Origin: the human T2T-CHM13v2.0 reference genome, Homo sapiens
Assembly: GCF_009914755.1 (NCBI RefSeq)
Contig: NC_060926.1
DNA: 64,000 nt
Strand: one strand, 5' to 3'
Of this stretch, positions 1 through 15,389 are shown piece by piece. The first letter of the stretch is position 1. The number at the start of each line of letters is the position of its first letter. The position numbers and the translations under genes were made by a program. A model generated the notes under the pieces. That model did not search any database. It saw nothing but the letters and a program-made list of their open reading frames with translations, and had not been told where the DNA came from.

Positions 1-629
1 GAGAAGAAAAACAAATAGCCAATGAAAACACACTCTGTAAAGACATGTGAATAAAAACTTTGTTTTTCAACCTATCAAGTTGAAAAGGAGAAAGGAAAGT
101 AAATACTCTCTGCCCCATTTTTGGGAATGAAAACTGAAACAACCAGTTTGGAGGTTAATTTGCCAAAGACTCTTTGGTTTGCAGTGATCTGATTTTATGA
201 ATTTATGCCTAGAAAACATTCAGTGTACCCAGAGATTTACATAAAATGATATTCTTCACAATGTTATTTATAATAGTGATAAATTATAAACACATTGATG
301 CATAGTAAAAAGGGAGTTGCTAAATCACAGAATGATTTATATTAGAATAATCACAGCCATTAAAAACTGCCTTCAACAAATATTTAAAGAAATGTGAAAA
401 GGCTAATGATGTGTTAAGTGTGAAAAAGCAGGAATCAAAACCATATATATATGTATAGTATGATTAAAACTTTAAAGAAAATGCACATGTATAATATGCA
501 GAGGAAAAATCAGAACAAAATAGTCAAAATGTTAAAGTGGTTGGTTCTAGGTGGTGACCATGAATAATTTTAGAAATTTACTTCTTTATACTTTATTGTG
601 TTCCCTAATTTTTTTAAAAAAACTCATTT

Positions 630-1900
630 TTATCAAACTTCTATATGCAGATGGTTTAAAGAGTCAGCAGTTCTGGAAGGAGTTATTATGAAGAAATAAA
701 ATATTCCTCTTTACTTCTCCTGCAGAAAAGACATTTCCCACTACCCTGAGACAACCACTTTCAACTCTGCTGTTTATTTTGATAACAAATATTCTCTGTT
801 GAATTCACATGATGACTGATGAGGCCTGAGCTCCCTTTCACACATATCTTCCACTTCCTATCCACCTTTCTGTAGGAGCTATATTGTAATTTCAGTTTGA
901 CCACTGATCAGTGTTTATATTTTTATGACTATTCACAGCTGAGCCATGTAGTGTACTATGATTATATTTTTTTTCTTGTACCACTTTCTGTTTCTCAAGT
1001 GAACAATTATCTTGTTGCTTCTCTTACTTGGTTTTCACTGTATGTCTCAGCTATTTCATGCAAAATTCACCCTCCCATGCAGCAAGTCATATCAAGTATT
1101 CTGTCAGTTTCTTCTTTTGCAGCCATCCCTCCTGCACCTTCTAACCTGCTGTAGCTGGGCTGGTGCCTCTTGCCTGCTGCACAGCTGTTATCCTGGGATT
1201 TCCCTTCAGGTTTATTAGGATTCTCTTTGCCTCTATCTCTTGTATTAGATCCCTGTTTCCAGGATCTCAGGTCTTACTGGTTTATTTCCTCACTTTGGTG
1301 GAATGTATATTTTATTAGTTTCCTGAGAAAAGAGTCATTGTAGGCAACTTTTGGGATACCTAGTATGTTTGAAAATGTTTTTATTCCTTCATACCGGACT
1401 GATACTTTGAAAATAGATTATATTTTTTCTCCCTTTGGAATTTTTAAGGCATTGTCCCATTGTCTTTCAGCTTCTATTTAAGTTGTTTAGAAGTCCCCTG
1501 CCAACCTGATCCCTGATCCATTGTCAGGAACCCATTTTTCCTCTCTGAAACTTAGGATCTGCCATTTTAACCTCCTGAAATTTCACAATCATAGGCTTTG
1601 GGGTAGGGCCTGGCTGGGTACCCACAATCTGGAAACTCATATCTTCCAGTTCTAACAAATTTTCCTGGATTATTTCTTTGGTTTATTTAGTTTCAGTCAG
1701 TCTCTTTTGTTACCCTGGAACTTCCACTATTCAGATGCTGGAGTTGCTGGAATGATCCTCTAATTATCTTACATTTCCTTTCTGTCTTTTTTCTTTATTT
1801 TGGGGAGAAATAGAAACTTCCTCAAGTTTATCATCTACCCCTTCTATTCTGTTTTTGAAATGTGATTCTATTTTTAAAGTGCCTTTTCCTGTTGTCTGGA
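630..1900 (-). mobile_element. Ancient degenerate LINE (HAL1/L1M-like) fragment
   Basis: T-rich degenerate L1-like antisense sequence resembling 39480-41360; subfamily and limits uncertain. Confidence 0.4.
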
Positions 1901-1938
1901 TGTTCTTTTTTTCTTTAGCATCTTCTAAGCGGTTTAGG

Positions 1939-2308
<370 letters not shown>

Positions 2309-2487
2309 TGATTTCTCTGAGGATATTAATGATAGTGTTTCAAATTTTTTGTCTCTCTGTGTAATCTCTAATTTTGATCTCTTTCAGGTAGTTCCTCAAA
2401 TGTCTATCTGTGTTTACAAGAGTGGCATTGAGCACATGAGAAAGCATGTATGGGCAGGGCTGGTTGACTCTGAGCTTCCCTGTTGGT

Positions 2488-2717
2488 CAGGGTTTCTCAG
2501 CTTCAGTACTGTTGACATTGAAGGCTGGATTGTTTGTTGTGGGGGGGCTGTCTTGTGCACTGTAGGTTGTTTAGCAGCATCCCCAGCCTTTTCCCCCTAG
2601 ATGCCAGCAGCATCCCTCCTCCATTGATGGCAAACAGAAATGTCTCCAGATATTGCCAGATGTTCTCCTGGGGCAACACCAGTCCTCACTTACCCCACCC
2701 CCAGTTGAGAACCACTG
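2488..2717. mobile_element. MER20 (hAT-Charlie MITE)
   Basis: Termini cagggtttctca ... ttgagaaccactg; internal match to MER20. Confidence 0.85.
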
Positions 2718-3984
2718 TTGTAGGGTGATCTGTTGGGGTCTTTTTATTGGGGAACCTGTAGGGTTAGTAGGTATTGGTCTTCCCCCTTGGGCTAGTCATA
2801 TAAACCAGGAAAGAATCTTCTACTCTTCTGCCCGAGGGATTCATCCTGGGAGGCGAGTGAAAGAAGCAGAGTGTTGGAGGGGGGTCTCAATTTTCTTTGT
2901 ACCGTGGCCTTGTGTGCTTCGACTGGGCCTGGTGTCTCCCATTCGGGAAGCCTAGTTCTGCCCTTACCAGAGAATAAGTATCATCTGCCTTTCACCAGGA
3001 TTGGGGAGCATTTATCATGATAGGGAAGGGGAAAAGGTATTAAAAAGCAAACTCGTTCCACCCTCTTGCTTGTGGCTCCGCGTTCAGTCCAGCTGCAGAA
3101 GCAGGCGCTCTTCTGGTTCCCATAGCTTCAGACCCTCAGGGAGGTCTGCTGTGCAGTCCGGTGTTTAACTGGCACCTCATTGCTCGCTCCGAATTTGGCT
3201 CCGTGGGCCTGTTAAGTAAGTTCCACTTGTTTTTTTGCCTTTTAGCTTCTAAATTTTGTTATTGTTATTTCTTTTCCTATTTCTTTTGTCCTTGTGGCTT
3301 TATGTTTTTTAAAACAATTACTGTACATGTTAGAGGATTTTGGAGAGGTCAAAGATAAATGCATACGTTCAGTTGGCTGGGACTTAACTGAAGTCTTCTC
3401 TTTTTTTATAGTTAGAAACATAAATATGAAGAACAAAGTTATAGTGGTGGATATTCTGTTCAGGGCCAGGCTCCTGATGAATTAATAAAGAAGTTGCTTG
3501 GCATACAGGCTTTGCAGCAAAGCGAGTTGGATTTCTGGGAGGAGATTTCTGTTTCATCTGGATCCTGGGGTCACGTGATCACGTTTTCCTTCCATACGAG
3601 AGCATGGGTTTCCAGTGGCCAGGATCTGTTGTGTCCACTAGCTCCAGCATCCGCTGTCTTACTGTTGGACAGAGGTAGATAGTCACTAATATTCTCATTA
3701 TGCAATTTCTACTTTGCTAGACTTTGCGTAGAGTCTGTATAGACCATGACTTTTCAGTTAACATATTTTTCAGATAGGCCAAAACATACTCCATTAGGTT
3801 ATAGCTTTCTTTAGTTACATTGCAGTCACCTTGATTAGATTTGGGTGTTTTGAAGTGTCTCAGTCATCTGAATATAAACCGTATTACAGATGACTAATAA
3901 CAATTACAAATTGATTTTCATTAACTTAATTTTCAAAATGTAGCCCTATCTCAAATGCATAGAGTGTCCTACTATAGACCCCAT

Positions 3985-3987
<3 letters not shown>

Positions 3988-4030
<43 letters not shown>

Positions 4031-4200
4031 CCTGTATATAGACATATATCTCTCTAATATATTAGTATATATATGTATATACAGGTATGTGTGTGTGTGC
4101 GCACGTTTATATGTCTGTGTGTGTGTGTATATATATATACACCTTTGATATATATGTGTGTGTATATATATATGTGTATATATGTACATATGTATATATA
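3988..4200. repeat. Compound microsatellite (CA)~20 followed by (TA/TG)n
   Basis: Seen directly in the sequence. Confidence 0.95.
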
Positions 4201-6700
4201 CCTTTGATACAGGTATCAAAGACATTGGCCAGGCAGGAAGAGTACGGTGAGGGGAGGGTCTGGACAGTTTTCCTAAGTGAGTAGCTGGTATGTGTGTATG
4301 GTTTGGGGTGGCAAGGGGGCCCAGGCAAGACAGAGTATTCCAGGCCAAGAAAAGAGCACAGAAAGAGTCATGTGGGAGAAGCTGGGGTGGATGGGGAGGT
4401 GTGGGAGCAGCCTATGTTCATTTTGGCTACAGAGTAGTCGTTCATCGGAGAAGCCATTAAATCTAAGGTGGGAAGAGGAGTTTGATGACTGCATGGCCAA
4501 CCTTGAACTCTGAGCTACATAGTTTGGACTTCTAAAGGGCACGGTCTTCTGAAGATGGGTGCCTTGATGGAGAGATTAACAGAGAACATCCAGTAATACC
4601 TATTTTTCCATGTAGCCTTTTCTGTTTGTCAAGGGCAGATGTATTCTCTCCACTCTGAATCCCTGTGGCACTTAGCATCAATGGCTCTTGGCTCTTGTAT
4701 TCATCTGTGCCTACATTTGAGGCTTCCTTGGACCCGTTTATCCCATTTAGCCCTAACAATGACATTAAGAGGTAGGTCATACTGTCTACCCCTCCCTCTG
4801 CACCGCATTTTTTTAGTGGATGAGGAAATAGGGTCAGAGATAGGGAAATGACTTGAACAAGATTACATACATGGCCAGTGAGAGGCCACCCTGGACCTCG
4901 GGCCAGGCCCTCTGACTCCAGATCTGCATTCCACTGTTCTCATGACATCCCCTTGCTGCCAGTGTCTCACTGGTTGCTTAACTAAGCCAGTGGCTCTTTG
5001 AAGGGAGACTCACACGATTTGATTTTCCAGGCAGCACATAACACAGGCCCAAACGATGGAGCACAGGCTCTGACAAGACTCACTTATCGGCAGCACAGGG
5101 TGGGGATGAGAACAGGGACCTAGCCGGTTCCTATGCAATTTCACCAGACTGTAGGGTCTATACCTCTAAGTTTGAAACTCCCTCATCCCCACTGCTGCCA
5201 GCCCAACTGCTCCAGTGATAGTTTTCCACCACTTCACCGAGAGCCTGGGCTCAGCTGCTGCCCTCACTGCCCTGGAGAAAGAGAGGAATGACACCACCTG
5301 TCCCGTTGCTGACTCTAAGGCTTTTATGAGAATACACAAAAGAGAATAGATACTTGAAACCACTGGAATGACAGTTTATCTGGTGATTTTCTTATAAAGT
5401 TCTATTGTTACTAGTTTCCTCCTCTATCTGTACTGTTGCTTCTCTTTGATTTTGTCTCACTGGCTCTTGCTTTGCTTCAGAAATGGCACTCCTCCCTAGC
5501 CAGGTCCTTTAGAGTAGGAAATCAAGAAGTTGAGCTGCTAGATTGTCTGAACTTCTTGGAACACAGAGGATGCTAGTGTAGACATGTGTGCATTATTGTA
5601 CAGGGAGCCACTGAAACCTGCCTGCTGTGTGCAAAGTGGGCCGAGAGGACTCCGTGGCCACATCAAAGCCCATGTGCATTTGACTCTTTTCCCTTCCCAG
5701 CCTTTGATTTTTTTTGAAAAACGTATTTGAGATATATCAGTTTAGCTATTTTCTCAGTATTTTAATAAAATACCTGACTTTAGTCCTTGCCTGCCATGTA
5801 AACCTACACACTTATTTAAACCAGCAAAATTTCTCAGTGCGTTTGTGCTGAAGTTAATTTCACATTCAGTTCTCATTTTCTGCCTATTTATTACTCTGCC
5901 CCAAATCTGCTGAAACTGAATGGAAAAGGAACACTATTCGGTGGACATGGTTATAAATTAGCAGCCAGCACATGTGTTAAGTGCCTTTCATACCTTAGCT
6001 CATTTCTTTTCCCAGTGTTTAAGAGGAGGCTCCATTAGTAGTCCATTTTATAAATAAAAGAAACAGAAAAGGTAAGTAACTTGTGCCCAGGGCCACACAG
6101 CTAGGAAGCCTGACTCAGAGACTCAGGAGGTCTGTGTCTGAAACCCCATGATAGACTACCTGGTTGAAACAAAGAGGGGTTGTGTGGGAGAGGGTCCTAC
6201 ACTCGTGGTTAGGAGAATTGCATTCCTGCTTCACTCCTACCCACCTCTCCGTGTGACTCTGGACAGGTGGTGAGCTTCTTTGATCCTATTTCCTCATCAG
6301 TGAGGTGGCAGCTGACCTATCTCCTAGGCTGATGGTGAAGAGTCAGTGGGTAGCCTGGGTTGCTGTGAAGGCATGAGCAGGCACTCTTCTGGGCTGTAAA
6401 GTTACATAGGCTGTAGTAATGTCATGAGGCTATTTGTTTTGTGATAGGCCGGGAAGAGCCCCCACGGGGAACCGTCTGTAGTATAAAAGGGCCAGAGCTG
6501 GTGGGAAGAAGATAAAGGGAAGTAATACAGAATAGGCAGGGGAGGGGAGGGCATCAAACCCGTGCAAGGAGGATAAGCTGTGCTCAGTGGTGATGGATGC
6601 ATATTGTGAAGAATTGATGTCAACACATCAACTCTTGGCCTCCAGGGACTTCTTGCAGGGTAATTCTGCAAGAATTTTCTGAATTTTCAAAGAAATCTAG

Positions 6701-6958
<258 letters not shown>

Positions 6959-7009
6959 TGAGGTGAAATTTACACGACATAAATTTAACCATTTTTAAGT
7001 ATATAATCA

Positions 7010-7320
<311 letters not shown>

Positions 7321-9289
7321 AGTATACAATCCAGTGGCATTTAGTACATTCACTGTGTTGTACAACCACCAGCTCTGCCAGTTCCAAAACATTTTCATCT
7401 CCTCCTCAGAAATTGTGTGTGTTTTTGAAAGGGCCTGTTCTGTGCAAGCATGTCTGTGAGGGCATCCTGATTTCGCCTGCCGGGAAGCCATCCTCGTCCT
7501 CAGATGGCAGATTGCACTGTATGCGTTTATTTGGCCAGCAGAGTGGGGCTCAAGTATTCACATTCCACATGGGTTTGTTGGTCATGGCTTAACTCCTCTG
7601 TGCACTCTGGCTGCCTCATCTGGACATAGAGGAAGGCAGCACTGCAGCCTTCATCTGAGTGTAGTTACCAGGGTCTTCTCTTTGCTGCTTGGCTGCGTGT
7701 TGCCTTTGTCTATTAAAAGGATGTGTGTAAGTATGTATGTCAACTGGGGACTTCAGCCTCTGTAGGCCAAGTGTTGAAAAGGGTGAGAGGGCTGCTCTGG
7801 TAGAAGTGTCAGAGCTGGGATGTCTGTACACCTCCCTCTCCATAGCTAGTCCTGGAGATAAGTAAGAGCAGATTCTGGGACTGAGCTGTCGCATACACCC
7901 TGGTGGTGATAACAGCAAACACAGCAATGGGCTATGTAGAGGGAGCCCTGAATAATCTCCATGAGCTGCAGAGATAGGGCCAGTGAGTGGCAAATCCTTT
8001 TATAGTGTGGAGGAGAGGAGGTGGGGAGCAGCTGCAGGAGAAGGTGGGGAGCAGCTGCAGAAGGAGAAGGTGGAGCAGGAGCTACGTTGGACAAGCCAGT
8101 GAATACTTTGCTCTGATTGGACAACCCAGATCATGTGCCCACCAAAAACCAGCGACTTAGTGGGAGGGGCAGGAGTGGGGAATGAAACTCAATGATTGGC
8201 TTAATCCAACCAGGGACTCTCTATATAGCTAAGTATGGGGCCAGGGTCCCCAGGGGCATGTGTCTGAGTGTAGAAGGGGTGGTGGGTCCTGCACTGAATC
8301 AGAGTTTTCGAAAGAAGGAGGAAGTAGGAGAAGAATGCTGGATAGACAGTCAACTGTATTCTCCATACCTAGATAAGACAAATGTCAAGACAATGCAGAA
8401 AAAGTTGTGGTGAAAAGCAGCAGGAACTAAAATGCTTAAAGCATCACTCAGTCTGAGGCTCTCCTATTAAGAGCTCACATTCAGGGAGGTGGGTTGGACC
8501 CATTGGTGTGCCACAGAAAAATGGCCCTGCTCACAGGAGGCAATTTGACATCTGGCCGAAAGTGACATCAGCAGCCTGAGAAATTAACCTGTTACTGGAG
8601 AGAATTCAGGTATTTGATCCACTTTCTCAAGCTTTGTAGCTGGTGAAGGAGGTGCAGCTAGCACTGTGCAAGCTACCTGCACAATGACTGCAGCTGACTT
8701 TTCTCACTTCACCTTCCCATGAGCTACCGTCATTGATTCAGCGGGAATGTAATAAGCTGCGACCATGAGCCAGGCCTTGAGCAATAGTCCCCTGCCCTCA
8801 GGGAGTCCTGATGCAGAAGGGGAAGATGCAGATCAGAAGAGGCAATCGTATTACAGTATAAACAAACAGGATGACAGGAGAAGCTTGTGGTGCCACAGAA
8901 GTGTGGAGCATGGCAATGCTTAAGCTGAACTGGGGGTTCAGAGAAGATCTGCTGGATGAAGTGATTTCCAGACTCAAGCCTGGAAGATGAGTAGGAGCTC
9001 CCAGGTGAAGAAATACGGAGAGAGAGAAGAAACAGGGAAACTCACTGGGCAGGTGACTGCTTTAGTGTGTGTATTTGTGTTAGGGGTTGATCCTGAGAAC
9101 TTTCAGGTTTCTGGCTTGTGCACCCTGATTGAGTGGTGATATCTTCTAGTGAGATGGTGAATACAGGAGGAGTTGCAGTTTTGATTGGGAAGAAATGAAT
9201 TTAGTTCAGAAATGTTGAATTTGAGATGCTTCTGGTTCAGCTAAAAGGAGGTACATAGTAATAAGCTAGTTCTGGAACTCAGAGGCAGA

Positions 9290-9960
9290 GACCTCCTCTG
9301 ACCACCTGCTTGACATCTCAAGCTTAACACGTCCCAAACTGTCCTCTTGAGTTCTCTCCCTATGGTGCTTCTCTACCCTACCCTCAGTTTTCTTCATCCC
9401 TCTAAAAGATGCCATATCATCTAGATATATCCAGAATATATCTAGAATCCACCATTTCTCTAGCTGTCAACTGCTGTCCCTTAGTCTAAGCTTCCATCTT
9501 CTCTCAGCTGAATTACTATAATAACCTCTCCCCTTATAAGCCTGACTGCCTAATTCATTCTTCTCAAAGTAGCCTGGATTATCGTTTTCAAATTTTGTGA
9601 CTTTTTTGCGGGGGTCGGGGGCTCACCTTTTAATGACTTTCCATTGCAGGTGGGCCCTGCAGAGGGGTCCAAGCTGACTCCCTCTCCAGCCCCACCTGTC
9701 ACCTGGCCTTTCCCTGTGGTCTTCAGTATGTCAGGGCTTTTCTGCCTTGGGACGTTTGCATACATTGTCTTGTTGTCTGTCTCCTTAAGCGGTCCCTCAG
9801 GTCTCAGGTTGAACATCACCCCTGCAGAGAGGTCTTTCTTGCCTGCGCAGACTGAAACTCATCTTCCTGGTTATTCTCTCTCCCAGAACCTGGCTCTTTT
9901 CCTTCATAGCACCTGTCCCAATTTGCATTTATAGTCATTTTTGTCCCAATTTGTTCAATG
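9290..9960. mobile_element. L2 LINE fragments
   Basis: L2-like phrases (catctcaagcttaacacgtcccaaact; tatatctagaatccaccatttctc). Confidence 0.55.
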
Positions 9961-10360
9961 CCTGATTTGATACCTCAATTTTATCAGACCCATCTCCCAT
10001 TTTTATAACAAATACTTCCTTTTTACTTATCCTCAAATGAAATCTATAGATAATATAACCTCCCTATACATGTAATTTTAAATCAGTATAACATCCTGGC
10101 AGTGATATAAAGGAGAAATAAAAAGGAAAGTAATTCATCATAAAACTATTTATTTCAGTGTTAAATTCCTAAACTCCCAAGGCTGACTACTCCAGAAATC
10201 ATAATGAAGTAATCAGGCCTGCACCTATTAGGTAAAATGACCACGAATGCAACAGTTACAAATATTGGCTAACATAGTTATTTTTTATTAGTGACTCAGA
10301 TACTAACAGCAATGTAGCCAGTGGCATGTGGTTTTCTGTGATGGTAAGTAAATCCTGTGA

Positions 10361-10678
<318 letters not shown>

Positions 10679-10764
10679 TCCTGTGATGTTTCAAACAAAA
10701 TAAAGTTCAATCTTTCTCCTTCAATGTGGACTGAAATTACCTTCCTAGAAAATTCATTAAAGTC

Positions 10765-11066
10765 TGAGGGCCGTGGCTCATGCCTATAATCCCAACATTT
10801 TAGGGGGCTGAGGCAGGATAATTGCTTGAGCCCAGGAGTTCGATACTAGCCCAGGCAACAGAGCAAGACCCCTGTCTCTACAAAAAAAAAATAAAATAAA
10901 AAAATTTCTGACTAGCTGGGCATGGTGGCATATGCCCGTAGTATCAACTACTCGGGAGGCTGAGGTGGAGGCTAGAGCCCAGGAGGTCAAGGCTGTAGCA
11001 ATCTGTGATCATGCTACTGCACTCCAGCCTGGGTGACGGAGTAAAACCCTGCTCAAAAAAGAAAAA
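10765..11066 (+). mobile_element. AluJ-like
   Basis: Dimeric Alu with A-rich linker and tail. Confidence 0.9.
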
Positions 11067-11157
11067 GTTTAAAATATGCACTAAAGTTATGCCAAAAAAC
11101 TTTATTTTTTTATATATGCAGCAGGATCAGGTCCTAGATTCATGCGATTATAAAAGG

Positions 11158-11545
11158 TGTTCCATGGTGAGCAGGTCTATGCAAACCTACCTTCAAAGGC
11201 CAAGGGAGCTGAGAGGCTGAAGAAAGAGACTGACAAAGCCAGTTTCTCAGAAAGAAATATTTAATAGAGACTTAGAAACAGAAACGATGTCTAGGTAGGC
11301 CAAGAGATGGTGGATTCTCACAACCAACCTCCAGAAAGTATCCTTTATATAGCAAGCTTTTAGGGTAAAGACACAGGAAGCTCATCATCCCTGACTTCCT
11401 TTAGAAACTCATGACCACGGGGAGGTTGTGAGGGCTTATCTGTGCTACTGGACCACCTTGAATTGTAGGCGTCAAACATTGGTCATCATGGCAGTTTTAC
11501 TTCAAGATGGATCACTCTTGCTATGCAACAGGCTGTTTTCCCACA
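11158..11545 (-). mobile_element. Solo ERV LTR (ERVL class, LTR47-like)
   Basis: TGT...ACA termini; near-perfect 5-bp TSD aaagg/aaaga; minus-strand TATA (about 11345-11351) and ATTAAA (11260-11265). Confidence 0.75.
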
Positions 11546-13145
11546 AAAGAGTTTTTCATGTTTATGAATGTCTAGCAGTACACTCACTAGTCATGCGGGC
11601 CTGGAGCTGGTTTTCCTCATACAGGTCATTGTGGCACCACGGCTCCCACCCTTAAATGCTAGCAGAGTTTCCCCATTCATTTTGGCAATTGACAGCACCT
11701 CCCAAATGTCCGAAATGCCCCCCAGACATAGGGTGGTACTGCCCTAGCTGAGAGCCCTGTGCCTACTCCTCTGCTGTCCTCTACACAGAATGAGGGCAGG
11801 GTCTGTGTTGTGTTCACTCGTCTATACACAGCACTCAGCACCTACTTGCCAGATATTTGTGGAGTGAATGAATGTTCTATCAACATGAAATTTGTGCCAA
11901 AAAGTTAGGAAAGGAGTATACCACATGGAAATGTGACCAGACATTTACCTTCTTTCAGCATGCTTTAGGCCAGCTGACCTCTGTTTTAGTGCAAGAGACT
12001 TGTAATTATAGCTCCAGACAATATGGAATTTCAGCTCTAAATCCTTTACAACTGGGGAAGTCACCTCACCATGCACAGAAGAAATAGCACTGGCTCCGAA
12101 GTTGTGGTTTGTCTTTTTTTGGAAAGTCAGGCTTGTCTGCCAAAGAGCTCGAAACACTTGACCAGCTCTCTCATTTATCTTAACATGTGTATTTATTCTC
12201 CCTTCACAGATGGGGAAGTGAAGCTTGCCTGAGGGCTGTATTTAGCTAAGTCTTGATCCTCTGCCTTGTGGTGGTCAGCTTAGATAAAATGGAATCCTAA
12301 AACTTGATTTTTATCCCGTAGTGTGAACCTCCTCCCACATTAAATCTGCTAGTAGGGCTGCTCACAAGGGTAAGAAGTGTTAGTTTGAGTGTTTTTCATC
12401 ATGTGACGTGGCGGTCTTCTAGTTCAGGGCCCTGCTTTTAGAGATGAGGAAGTGCCAGTTCGTCACAACACAGTTAGATAATGACAAGGCCAGTCCTCTA
12501 GCTGGTTTCTTTATGCTCCACCAGATGTAAATTTTCTCTCCGTTTCCTCCAGCCAACCTAAACAGGAGTTACAATCAGTCAGGTGGCCAAAAGGAAAGCA
12601 CAATGGAAAAGAAGCCCAAGATCTAGTTCTCTAGCTCCTAAATAATTGGTATATTAATTAGGAGGCTGACTTATTATAAATCAAAACATATGAAGATGAC
12701 AGTAGCTAAAAGTAAGAAGCTAAACCTTTAATTTCAAGAATTCTTTTACTAAGCGCTAATCAGGCCAGTGACATATAAATACCATTTCACAACTGAACTG
12801 AAAATTAAAAAAGAAAAGAAAACACCAGATGTTTGCAAAGTTTTTGAAAAACAGTGACCTCTTAAGAATTTATAGCACCTAAAAAAACCTTTCTCTTCCC
12901 CAAAATTTTCTTTAGTCCAAGAGTGCTGGGAGGTAGTAGGAAGTGGTAGGCAAATTCAGTAAACTCATCACTGGTGAGTTTTGAACCAAACTTACCAAAG
13001 TGTTTTCAAAAAGGACCCAACCCAGCTTCCTTGAAAAACAGAGTTATTTTTAAAGAGGTAAAAACTGATATTTTCATTTCACAAAGTTAAATATAAAATG
13101 AACTCAAAAGTGTCAAAATGACTGCACAATAGAAATGAGGTTTCA

Positions 13146-13446
13146 GGCCAGGCGTGGTGGCTCATGCCTGTAATCCCAGCACTTTGGGAGGCCAAGGGAG
13201 GCGGATCACAGGGTCAAGAGATTGAGACCCTCCTGGCTAACACGGTGAACACCCGTTTCTACTAAAAATACAAAAAATTAGCCAGCCATGGTGGCAGGCA
13301 CCTGTAATCCCAGCTACTCAGGAGGCAGAGGCATGAGAATTGCTTGAATCCGGGAGGCAGAGGTGGCAGTGAGCCGAGATTGTGCTATTGCACTCTAGTC
13401 TGGGCTATAAGAGTGAGACTTCATCTCAAAAAATAAAAAAAAAAAA
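13146..13446 (+). mobile_element. AluS
   Basis: 15-bp TSD agaaatgaggtttca. Confidence 0.95.
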
Positions 13447-15094
13447 AGAAATGAGGTTTCATAGGCTACTCTGACCAAGCATTACCATAGACATGTTGTG
13501 ATATATAAGTTAGATGTAGGAGAAAACAGTTGCATTCTCAGAAGCTGGCTTCATGACATGTGTCCTCTGGACTTCTGTGTAGCACCCTTTGAAGGGTGGA
13601 GGGTTTCAAGAGCTCGATGCCTGTTTTGGACTTCTCGCTAGAAACAGATGTTGTAGATGAAGATTACTACTGTGTGCCTTGGAAGTGACACAGAGAATTG
13701 CTACTGCACAGACCACAAAGCCACCACTTTTCAGGGATATTCTTACTTAGTTGTCATATGTTTTATGTCTCTCTTCACGTAGTCAGAAGCTGCTTTAGAT
13801 TTGGGAAGGCTGGGGCTTATCTGTTACCCCTTGTTCTAGGTTGTTTCTCATTCTAGGTTGTTACAGAGGAAAACTCTAGTAGGTTTTGATAAATGACTAT
13901 TTCTTACATCAAAGTACTATCCTGCATTATTTGGGATTGTAATACATTCCTATAGTACTTTATGGTCTTCAAAGCATTTGTCACTGATAAGTCTCCCGTT
14001 TTTCAGACAGAGAAACTAAGGCCCTAAGGAATAAGGGACTGGACTAAAGTCGCATTCCTAGCATGTTGGATACGTTCAAGTTCTCTCCATTCTGTAAGGA
14101 CCAACTCAAGTGCCTCTTCCAAGAGGTCTTTTCTTAGTGTCCCCTCATTACTACTTTTTATATTTACCACATTCTAACTTGTAATATCATGTTCACATAC
14201 ATCTTATCTACCTTACCATGAACTTCCTAAGATCGAAAGCTGTTATGCATTTGTGTGTATCTCCTCACCTATCAGAATTGTTCTTCTTGGGTGCTAACCT
14301 GATGCACGTTCCCACACCAGCCTGCAGTTTCCTCTTCTAGGCTGTGGCTTGGAGGTCTGCAAGGCGCTGGAGTGGTGTCCAGGCACATTGTGGGCACTGC
14401 TGCACATTCAAGTGCATTGCCTTATTTTTAACATATAGATACTTAATGAGAGAGCTTTGTAAATGTTTATAAGGTGTTTTACAAATAGATGTTATTTGAA
14501 TCTCATCCTTCCCTCCTTTATTTATTGCAGTTAGCACTGTTCTGGGCACATAGTAGGTGCTTAGTAATGTTTGTTAAGCATTTCTATATTCACTTGCTCC
14601 AGCTTACACTTTTATTCCCTCCTATTGTTGTATATGACTGTCTTTTTATATGTTTATATCTTGAATTCCCAACTAAACTGCAAGCTCCAGAGGGCTATAG
14701 TCTCAATAAATCTTTGCTGATTGCTTTTAAATAATACATGATAGCATACCAGCTAACAAAGCATGGCACAAGGTAAATCGTCCAATGTGAGTGTTTTTAT
14801 TTAAGAAATGTTTTGGATATGTATTTTAAAATAGACATACACATCCCAAAAACATATATTTTAAACAGAGATCACTAAGGTAGGAGGGAACACCCAGGTC
14901 CACATGAAGGGGACAAAGAATAGTGCAGAAGTAAGGCTCATGGGCACTGCTGGCTGAGCTGCACACAGAAAGGGGTCTCCAGCTGATGGCCATTGGCTAC
15001 ATTTCTCTGTGGCATTGGAAGAGCTTTTGTTTCCTCTCAGAGCGCATTTCTTTAGTTTTTTGTTTGCAGATTCTTATCAGGTGGTAAGTGTGTG

Positions 15095-15389
15095 TTTTTT
15101 TTTTTTTTTTTTTTTTTTTTTGAGACAGGGTCTCACTCTGTCACCCAGGCATGTTCATGGCTCACTGCAGGCCCAACCTCTTGAGCTCAACTGATCCACC
15201 CACCTGAGCCTCCTGAGTAGCTGGGACTGCAGGCATGTGCCACCATGCCCAGCTAATTTTTGTATTTTTAGTAGAGACAGGATTTCACCACATTGGGAAG
15301 ACTGGTCTTGAACTCCTGGACTCAAGCAATCTCCCCACCTCGGCCTCCCAAAGTGCTGGGATTACAGGTGTGAGCCACCGCACCTGGCC
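15095..15389 (-). mobile_element. AluJ-like
   Basis: Poly-T followed by antisense Alu arms. Confidence 0.9.

Noticed and set aside
3926-4348. 140-aa H/T/Y/I- and CV-rich ORF
   Set aside because: Artefact of dinucleotide microsatellites.
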